Assembly: GCA_950097015.1 (NCBI GenBank)
Contig: CATNEN010000011.1
Coordinates: 5,580,001 to 5,644,000, forward strand
Direction: 5' to 3'
From: Macrostomum hystrix
Taxonomy: Eukaryota; Animalia; Platyhelminthes
Length of the DNA: 64,000 bases
The notes below the pieces were generated by a model, which did no database searches, was not told where the DNA came from, and saw only the letters and a program-made list of their open reading frames with translations. Both the position numbers and the translations under genes were made by a program. Positions 47,801-57,500 of the stretch are shown piece after piece (position 1 is the stretch's first letter; the number at the start of each line of letters is the position of its first letter).

Positions 47801-50800
47801 ATGACCATTTTTGCTATGATCAAGAATGACCATTTTTGCTATGATCAAGAATGACCATTTTTGCTATGATCAAGAATGACCATTTTTGCTATGATCAAGA
47901 ATGCTGTTTTTGCAATGATCAAGAATGCCGTTTTTGCTATGATCAAGAATGACCATTTCTGCTATGATCAAGAATGACCATTTTTGCTATGATCAAGAAT
48001 GACCATTTTTGCCATGATCAAGAATGACCATTTTTGCTATGATCAAGAATGCTGTTTCTGCTATGATCAAGAATGCCGTTTTTGCTATGATCAAGAATTA
48101 CCATTCCGCTATGATCAAGAATGATCATTCCGCTATGATCAAGAATGATCATTCCGCTATGATCAAGAATGATCATTCCGCTATGATCAAGAATTACCAT
48201 TCCGCTATGATCAAGAATGACCATATTTGCTATGATCAAGAATGACCATTTTTGCTATGATCAAGAATGACCATTTTTGCTATGATCAAGAATGACCATT
48301 TTTGCTATGCTCAAGAATGACCATTTTTGCTATGCTCAAGAATGACCATTTTTGCTATGATCAAGAATGACCATTTTTGCTATGATCAAGAATGACCATT
48401 TTTGCTATGATCAAGACTGACCATTTTGCTATGATCAAGAATGACCATTTTTGCTATGATCAAGAATGACCATTTTTGCTATGATCAAGAATGACCATTT
48501 TTGCTATGATCAAGAATGACCATTTTTGCTATGCTCAAGAATGACCATTTTTGCTATGCTCAAGAATGACCATTTTTGCTATGATCAAGAATGACCATTT
48601 TTGCTATGATCAAGAATGACTAATGTGTTCACAAAGCAGCCATCTTTGAGTCTAGCCCTCGTCACTAAACTGGTCATCCGCAGCTGCAGTACCGGAAGCT
48701 CCGCCAGCTGACTTGCCTAGGCAACACCAGCGGATTTCGGGATGGCCTCACCGATGAGCTGTGCGAGGTCACTGACAAGAAAAGTCACAGCCTGGCTCAC
48801 TGGGCAGTCATCTTTGAAAGGCGGTTCATACTCAAACACGTGCTGGACAAAAATCCCAAGGCCGTCAACTTGGTGGATTATGTACTCATGATGAGTTTCT
48901 TTTATACGAGTAATCGATTTCAAAATAATCTGTTAATTGAAAATATTTGTTTTTTTTATTTATTATTCATTTTTTAGTGCAATCGCAAAGCCATAGACTA
49001 TTCTCAAGGTGCCGACGAGAAGTTTATGTACCAAAGCTTGCTGAGGGCAGGCGCAGTTGCTGACGAGCAGGCAAACGAGGTTGGCAGCTTAATTACCGTT
49101 GACACCAGCAAATTCCACCGAGCACATTCTAAATCCACCAGACACCTTCTAAATCCATTAAACACCTGTTGAATCCATCAGACACATTCTGATCTACAAT
49201 TAAATCTAAATCTAAATCCATTAGACACTTTATAAGTCCATCAGACACATACTAAATCCATCAGACACATACTAAATCGATCAGACACATACTAAATCGA
49301 TCAGACACATACTAAATCCATCAGACACATACTAAATCGATCAGACACATACTAAATCCATCAGCCACATACTAAATCCATCAGACACATACTAAATCGA
49401 TCAGACACATACTAAATCCATCAGACACATACTAAATCCATCAGACACATACTAAATCGATCAGACATATACTAAATCCATCAGACACATACTAAATCCA
49501 TCAGACACATACTAAATCGATCAGACATATACTAAATCCATCAGACATATACTAAATCCATCAGACACATACTAAATCGATCAGACACATACTAAATCCA
49601 TCAGACACATACTAAATCGATCAGACACATACTAAATCCATCAGACACATACTAAATCTACCAGACACATACTAAATCCATCAGACACATTCTAAATCGA
49701 TCAGACACATACTAAGTCCATCAGACACATACTAAATCCATCAGACACATACTAAATCTACCAGACACATACTAAATCCATCAGACACATTCTAAATCGA
49801 TCAGACACATACTAAATCGATCAGACACATACTAAATCTACCAGACACATACTAAATCCATCAGACACATTCTAAATCGATCAGACACATACTAAATCGA
49901 TCAGACACATACTAAATCCATCAGACACATTCTAAATCGATCAGACACATACTAAATCCATCAGACACATACTAAATACACCAAACACATTCTAAATCCA
50001 TCAGACCCATTCTAAATCTGCCAGACACATACTAAATACACTTAGACACATTCTAAATCCATTAGACACCTGCTGAATCCATCAGACACATTCTGATATA
50101 CAATCAAATCTAAATCTAAGTCCATCAGACACATACTAAATCCTTTAGACACATTCTAAATATACCAGACACATTCTAAATACACCAGACACATACTAAA
50201 TACACCAGACACATACTAAATCCATCAGACACATTCTAAATCCTTTAGACACATTCTAAATATACCAGACACATACTAAATACACTTAGACACATTCAAA
50301 ACACATCAGACGTCTCAACGCCCGGACGAGTCAGCGGCCACCAGAGCCTACTACCGGCAGGCCATACGAGCCGAGCGTCGGGACCCAGCCGTGTTTGCCT
50401 ACAGCCTGCTGCTGCTGCATCTGGGCCTTCAGGACGCCGTTGTGCGAGACAATTCAACGGATTTGGACAGTCTTCTAGCTGAGGCCTGGCCAGATCAGCC
50501 GATAATCTTACTGGAGCAGCTGAACAGAATCTTCCCAAGGCAACCGCACAGATTTCCCAGTCTCATTGGCCTGTGCATTGAGCACGGACGAGAAGACCTG
50601 GGCTGCCGGCTGCTGGCTGCCGGCGTTCCGCCGCCATCCGATGTGAGTTTGAGTCGTCTCAAGAGCTATTGGGTCAGATGTGCAGCCGACAGCACAGTCG
50701 CAGCTATTGGGCGGCGCATCTGAAGGCTGCGTACAGCTGTTCAGTCCATGGACTGGGGGGACGCCGCACCCACCCTCAATTACCCCAGCTGGGTGAACTG

Positions 50801-51453
50801 AAGCGATGCAAAGTTAAGTGCCTTGCTAAAGGGCACAAATTTTTCCAGTGGAGTCGGGAATCGAACCCCCGACCTTCAAGTCGTGAGTCCGACGCTCTTA
50901 CCATTCACCCAGCTGAAAATGTTTACCAGGAGTAGCTGGGGGTGGAAATTAGGGCGGCTGATGCGGCCTCTCCAGTCCATGGACCGAACAGCTGTACACG
51001 GCGTTTGGAAATTCCTTTGAATTACTGTTTGTAAAAACTGTACAACTGTACAAATCCCAATTCCTTCGACCTTCGACTGCCACGCGCCCGCAGCCGTCGA
51101 GGCCGGCCAATGGCGGCCCTGCCGAGCGCCTGGAGCAGCGCGCCCGAGAATCCGGTTTGAACCGGTTGGCAGACGAAATTGTTCGCATACGCCAGGCCGC
51201 AGCGGCAGCGGACGGCGCCGCGTTGGCTGGCGCCCATCTGCCTGGCGACTTCGCCGACGAGGTTGGCACGATTCTGTCTGTTGACACCGTCGACACCTTC
51301 GCTGTGCCAGCAGCTGCACAACAGCCGGGCAAGACAAAGCAGCAGAAGCAGCATCAGGGCAAGGGAGGGAAATCCAAAGGTGGAAGGAAAGCCGCAGCTG
51401 GCAAAGGCAAAGCGGAAGAATCCGGAGGCAGTGAAGTCTGTACAATGCTCTAA
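41880..51453 (+). CDS. Ankyrin-repeat protein with C-terminal polybasic CaaX motif, 800 aa; exons 41880-42329, 43003-43518, 45018-45461, 48684-48881, 48978-49079, 50310-50642, 51094-51453
   Basis: ANK motifs NFRDKNGNGWLHWLA, NMRNRTKNSALHFAV..LLK|IGIDP..NDKG, TDKKSHSLAHWAV..VNLVDY|CNRKAIDY; all six introns are phase 0 GT-AG; ends GKGGKSKGGRK..CTML*. Confidence 0.85.
42782..42822 (+). mobile_element. SINE family A tail fragment, ankyrin intron 1
   Basis: CCATTGCC..GCAGCCCTCCTGCAATCATTATTTT matches the family A 3' tail. Confidence 0.55.
43561..43915 (-). mobile_element. SINE family A, full length, ankyrin intron 2
   Basis: Head AGAGCGGTTAACGCGTTTGCCTCTCGCGCCAAGGTCCATGAGTTCGATTCC (A/B boxes). 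Confidence 0.85.
43931..44142 (+). mobile_element. SINE family A, 5'-truncated, head-to-head with the previous copy
   Basis: GAGAAGGCTTGG..CTTGTCGTGCAATTTA..GGTCTAGTGTC. Confidence 0.8.
44525..44945. repeat. 23-bp minisatellite (CAATCAGTAGGAAATCCCATAGA), ankyrin intron 2
   Basis: Degenerate tandem array. Confidence 0.85.
45478..47110. repeat. 16-bp minisatellite (CATTTGGGATCTCATC), about 100 copies, ankyrin intron 3
   Basis: Tandem array starting about 15 nt after the donor. Confidence 0.98.
47565..48620. repeat. 25-bp minisatellite (GATCAAGAATGACCATTTTTGCTAT), ankyrin intron 3
   Basis: Tandem array. Confidence 0.97.
49125..50310. repeat. 20-bp minisatellite (AATCCATCAGACACATACTA), ankyrin intron 5
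   Basis: Tandem array running up to the acceptor. Confidence 0.97.
50711..50902 (-). mobile_element. SINE family B (short form), ankyrin intron 6
   Basis: Head GGTAAGAGCGTCGGACTCACGACTTGAAGGTCGGGGGTTCGATTCCCGACTCCAC; shared tail. Confidence 0.8.
50903..51003 (+). mobile_element. SINE family B, 5'-truncated, head-to-head with the previous copy
   Basis: CACCCAGCTG..AGCTGGGGG..CCAGTCCATGGACCGAACAGCTGTAC. Confidence 0.7.
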
Positions 51454-51599
51454 AAGTGCGTAATGTTGCAGACCAATTAGAGAAAAACTTATCCGGTTCC
51501 ATTTAATTGAAAGCTTTCACTTTTTGTTTGCCCCAATATAAAGCCTGTCGGATTAATTAGCTCGTTTTAAAGAAAGCAATAAATTAGCACTTACTTGAC

Positions 51600-52378
51600 C
51601 ATGCCATCCGTGCAGACCCAGACCCACCCTAGACATTCCCCGCACCACGTGACCCTGCCATCCACGCAGCCCCAGCATCACCCTAGACATTCCTCACACC
51701 ACGTGACCCTGCCATCCACGCAGACCCAGACCCAACCTAGACATTCCCCGCACCACGTGACCCTGCCATCCACGCAGCCCCAGCATCACCCTAGACATTC
51801 CTCACACCACGTGACCCTGCCATCCACGCAGACCCAGACCCAACCTAGACATTCCCCGCACCACGTGACCCTGCCATCCACGCAGCCCCAGCATCACCCT
51901 AGACATTCCTCACACCACGTGACCCTGCCATCCACGCAGCCCCAGCATCACCCTAGACATTCCTCACACCACGTGACCCTGCCACCCGCGCAGCCCCAGC
52001 ATCACCCTAGACATTCCTCACACCACGTGACCCTGCCATCCACGCAGCCCCAGCATCACCCTAGACATTCCTCACACCACGTGACCCTGCCACCCGCGCA
52101 GCCCCAGCATCACCCTAGACATTCCTCACACCACGTGACCCTGCCATCCACGCAGCCCCAGCATCACCCTAGACATTCCTCACACCACGTGACCCTGCCA
52201 CCCGCGCAGCCCCAGCATCACCCTAGACATTCCTCACACCACGTGACCCTGCCACCCGCGCAGCCCCAGCATCACCCTAGACATTCCTCACACCACGTGA
52301 CCCTGCCACCCGCGCAGCCCCAGCATCACCCTAGACATTCCTCACACCACGTGACTCTGCCACCCGCGCAGCCCCACC
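51600..52378. repeat. 54-bp minisatellite, about 14 copies, each with CACGTGAC
   Basis: Tandem array 3' of the ankyrin gene. Confidence 0.95.
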
Positions 52379-52971
52379 CCCCACCTCAGATATTTTAACG
52401 CTGTTAATTCCTAAATTGTGACGAAGCTTCAGGTACGAAGCCTCATGACAATGGCTTGCTTAGAAATTATTTTCGCCTATTTAAAGCCTGTCTTTTCGTT
52501 GCTCTTTAAAACAACAGATTTTTTGTTATTGATTTCAAGTCAAAGAGATTTTAATTTTTTTAAGCTAGAGCATAGAATGACTAAAATCGTTATTTCCGCA
52601 GAGACGTTTATATGAAGAGATCTGCTTGCTTTGCACTAATTACTGAAATTATTCTTAATTGGTATTCGATACATCCAAGAATTTCATTAATTCTTCAGGA
52701 CTGAAGTGGCTACAGTGCTTTACATTTTTGGTAAATAAAATAAATATTTTTGCACACTATTGTGCAAAAAATGCCTGAATAAACATTTTCCCTCTGATGA
52801 CAACCTGTAATTTTTAAATCATGTGGTTGAAGTTAAGATTATTAATGCAAATCATGCTTCTACACTTAATGAAGTGTCGCATCCATTAAAAAATGATGCA
52901 CTATAAACTAACCTCATGACGGCCGCCTAATAAAATTCCTCGATACGCCTTTCCTAGGCCTACCTCATAGG

Positions 52972-53300
52972 ACACCCACCCCACGCCATTCGCCACCCAT
53001 CTAAAATCCACCCCACGCCATTCGTAACCCATCTGGCATCCACCCACGTCTTTCCTACTCTATCTAACACCCACCCCATGCCTTTCGTACCCCATCTAGA
53101 ACCCACCCCATGCCTTTCGTACCCCATCTAGAACCCACCCCACGCCTTTCCTATCCCATCTGACACCCACCCCACGCCTTTCGTACCCCCATCTGACACC
53201 CACCCCACGCCTTTCCTATCCCATCTGACACCCACCCCACGCCTTTCGTACCCCCCCATCTGACACCCACCCCACGAATTTCCAACCCACAGGACACCCA
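52972..53300. repeat. Degenerate 32-33-bp C-rich minisatellite (TGACACCCACCCCACGCCTTTCGTACCCCATC)
   Basis: Tandem array. Confidence 0.85.
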
Positions 53301-54565
53301 TCTCACGCCACAGATTACTCACTAGTTGTAAGAGACGATAAGCAAAACAATTTTTATGAAACTGCCTAAAAACTTTATTTGATGTTTCAGCTTATCTTAC
53401 TAAAACAAACTTACGGAAGCCAGCACGTTCTAACTAGTTGAGTTCTGGTTAAAAGTAATTTCTAAAAGTGAGCAAATAGGCAACACACGACTTGTTCTCG
53501 GAAAAAAATATTTTTACAATGTTCTTGCAGCAGCAATAAAAAGTACATTTCTACAGGAGCACCAGCTCTAATGGCCTCAGAAACAAAAAAGAAAACGAAA
53601 AACTTAACTACAAGCGTACATAGACGCAGTAAATGAGCATTTTTAACAGTAGAACCAGCTAGCTTTATGGCACACAATTGTTAGCATAAAAAGTCAAATT
53701 AATCGATACACTCAAAAGCTACTAAAATAAAGAAAGTATTTTTACATCATATCACAGTGGTTCGGGTTTCTAACTGTGCAGTTTTCAAAATAAGCAAAGG
53801 CAAAATACGAGCACTCAAAGCTTCCAAAAATTAATTCCGGAAAAAATTGTCACAACGAAACGAAAAAACTGGAAACGCTAAAATTTAATTCGAAAACACC
53901 TTCGCACTTTAGTTAAAAAATAAAGCTAGAAGTAAACGTCAAATTACGAAAACTTAACAGTGCGTTAAAACTTGAAAGATAACTGTTTGTAACCATCAAA
54001 GTGCAACATTGATTAGCAGACAATTTCGTAAATCTTTCAGAAAATTCATAGTAATAAGCAACACCTTTATCATATTTTTTAAGTCAGTAAATGAGTAAAT
54101 TTTATAAATACGAGATAAGATTTCGTAAAAATAAATAAATAAATATGAGCAAATTCAATTGAGTTTCCGTACCTTTCGCCGACCTTGCATTTAATAAAAC
54201 TATTACCTGTACATCCAAGCAATTCAAAATATGTAATTTCAATCAGACACTAAGAATTTTATTTATGGATTCTATAAATAGCAACCCGCTTAAATGTACT
54301 ATATAATGTGCTAAAATAGCACCAAATTGTACTCTAAATAATATCACGCAAGCATGGCGTGTCAGTTGACCTTCAAATGAACCCTCATTGACTTTTGATT
54401 GGCTCTGCATAACTTAGCCTAGCTCTTTCTTTGTTAACATCCTGAGAATCTTCAAGTGCAACGTAATAAAATGTACTTAAAAATGTCCCTTTATAATAAT
54501 CAAAAGTGCATAAAAGCAATAAATAACTCGTATACGCGTCCTAATCTAACTTGTAACACTTGCAA

Positions 54566-57500
54566 CTACAGCTCGCCCTGAGACCGGGGGCTGTTCATGA
54601 GACTGTTTAGTCCGGCGCGCGCTTCCTCCAGATTAATTCGAGCCTGGTGCAGCATTTCGGCGGAGGCACTGCGGGCAGCAAGGTGACGTTTTGGGTGGCT
54701 TAAAATCGGACGAAAGTCTGAAAAACTTGAAAATACATTCAATTTTCTGACAAACATGTAGACAACAGGTGACTCCAATATGTTGTCATTGTGTTTGTAC
54801 GGTTAAGGGATCCTGTTTAACACGTCGGGCGTCGTGTCTAACAGGTATGACGTCATGTCTAACAGATAATGCGCCTTCTCTAACATGTAAAGTGTCGTGC
54901 CTAACAGGTAATGAGTCCTATCTAACAGATAATGCGTCCTGTCCAAACAGGTAAAGTGTCATGTATAACACGTAAAGGTTCGTATCTAACAGACAAGGCA
55001 TTGTGTCAAACAAGGTAAGGCGTCCTTTCTCGGAAGTAAGGCATTCCGTTTAACAGATAAGGTGTCGTGTCTAACAGGTAATGCATAGTGTCTAACAGGT
55101 AAGGTCAGACGTCGTGTCTAACAGGTAAGACGTCATGTCCAACAGGTGGGTAAATTCACCTGTTTGTGGGCTCCATGTTGCGTGGCCTATCAACAGGCAC
55201 CTGCATCTGCCTGTAGCTTTGCCGAAGTTGTCGCAGGTCCTCGTCCACGCTCTGCGCAAAGTTCAGTGGCAAATATAAAAAAATTAATGTGAGAGTTTAG
55301 CATATTAATTCGCGTTCTGAATAAAATTTCGTCTCTCAAAACAATTAGTTCAAAAAGAAATGTTTGCAGTTGTCAAATTTTAATGTGAATTTTAGTATAT
55401 TTACAATTACATGCATCTGGCTAACTCAAACTAGATTCGTTAGTTACTGCAAAAGCTACAAATATATGAAGAACAAATGCTATTGCAATCCGAATCGCAA
55501 TTGGATTGTAGAATTAAAGGAAAATTTAATTTAAAAAAGCTACGACGGTTAATGAAACGACTATGTGTCTGACTCTAGCACTAATGGTATTGAGTTCGAA
55601 TCCGTGCCTAAGAATCAACAGTTTGACTGTTGGCGATGAGAAATTCAGGGCAGATGTACACACCTGTGTGACTTAATGAGCGCGTGTGGGTCGTCATATC
55701 ATACACCGGTGTCCGCAGCTCATTACTGTTTTGTTAGAATTTAGTGCAAAGTTGTTAGCGCTAGGACAACCAAGAACAAAATCAGCAGGTATTCTAAGGC
55801 CGACAGATGTGAAAAAAGTTTGTTCTTGAATTTTGTGTGTTCGGAGCAAATAAAAATGTTCAAGGTAGGTTGTTCTACTGTTAATGGTTCGTACGTTAAG
55901 TCCTCAATCTTATTTTTGAAGAACAAACAGTTTTATTAAGTAGACTTTAGTTCAAACGTCTCTGCACATGTTAATGATCAAGACTTGGTTGTTAATATTT
56001 TGTTAGTCAATTCTGTTTTTCAATTTCCGATCGCATTGCGCTAAGTCAGCGCTGACAAAACCTACACGCGGCTGCAGCTGTCCCCTGTTTCTGTTGGCTG
56101 TCACCAGAGCCGACGCCACAATCTGGCAGTTAATTTTATATGGGCACAATGCGGTCACAAACGTTGGGTCATGATACAATTATGCAATTTTTTCAGTACC
56201 TCCCAAATTATTCAACCAATCACCATGAAAATCCTGACAACTGGTTAACATTTTCCGCTCTATCCGATGACAGAACTTCCAGAATCACAAAACATCAGCT
56301 TCGTCGATATATTCAACGATTCTCGTCGGGGCGGCTGGTGACAAGAACCACAAAAGACATACTTTTTCAGCTCACAAAATTTCATAATGTAATCATGTCA
56401 ATTTTTTCAGATGGTGGAGTTAGTAGGCAGTGGGTATTTGAAATACCCCGGTGGTTTTTTCCCAGGGGGAAAATAGTGGTCTTACTACTGTTAACTATTT
56501 AGCTAGATTGAAAGCAACAGAAAATGTTGGCTGTAACGTAGCTGAAGCGTAAATCAATTAGGAGCAACGATAGCAAGCATTCAAGCTATCAATCAGTCTT
56601 GCGAATATGAAATGTACAAAGCAAATAATTGGCATGAATTTAGACATAAATATGTCGCCAGTAAAGAAAGAAGTAATCTCATCGCGGAAATGCTTCTAAA
56701 CAAGCTCCTCACGACCTGAAGAAACTCACCTGGCTGATTCGAGCCGAGCGATTCAGCGCATCCAAGGCAGACTCAGTCCGGATGGCCGGCCGGCCTTCCC
56801 TGTCCAGATAGGAACCCGCTGCGGCCGCTGGACGACGTGGCAGTCGCGGAGGTCGCGGAACTGCTGCTGCTGGCGAAGCTGAAGCTCCAGGTGTTGATCT
56901 CGGCGATTGGCGGTAATCCTCGACACTGGCGGAGGAGCCGGACCGCGCATATTCGGGTACAGTGGTCGCTGATGATGTCGGAGCGGCTGTCGTAGCCGAT
57001 GCGGTGGCCTGGGGCACTGAAGCTCCCTGAACGATGTTCGGTCGTAGAAGCTTGCTCCGCTCGGCAGTCAGCTTGCGAGCGAGCTCGGACGCACCGGAGC
57101 CGCTGGCGGACGCGCGCGACCCTGCCATTTGGCACTGCGCAAGCAGCCGGGTGGACTCCAGCTGAGAATTAGCGAACTGGCGCTCGCGCTTGAACATTTC
57201 CATCTGGGTGCGAAATTCTTCATTGCGAATCTCCGTTCTCACCTGGCTGCCGCGAGGTGGAATCGGCTGCTGGCCTGCAGACGTAGTAGAATGAGTTTGG
57301 GTTGGTGGTGGACGCGAGCGCGCCGGAGCTCGGTGTACAGTTGTGCGCACAGAAGCGGCAACTTCGATGTTGCGCTGCGACATCTCTGGCTGTGGCTCCG
57401 GAGACGAAGGTCGTGATTGCTCCGGTGAACTATCAACTGTCGCCAGAAGCAGATCAGTTTGACCACGGATGTAGTTTAGCTGCGCCTCAACCATCTCCTC

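Noticed and set aside
54669-54720. Acceptor at 54718 for the last exon of the giant gene
   Set aside because: The phase-2 join gives a short CCPQC frame; the ccgcAG acceptor at 54669 continues the helical frame and matches other acceptors in the window
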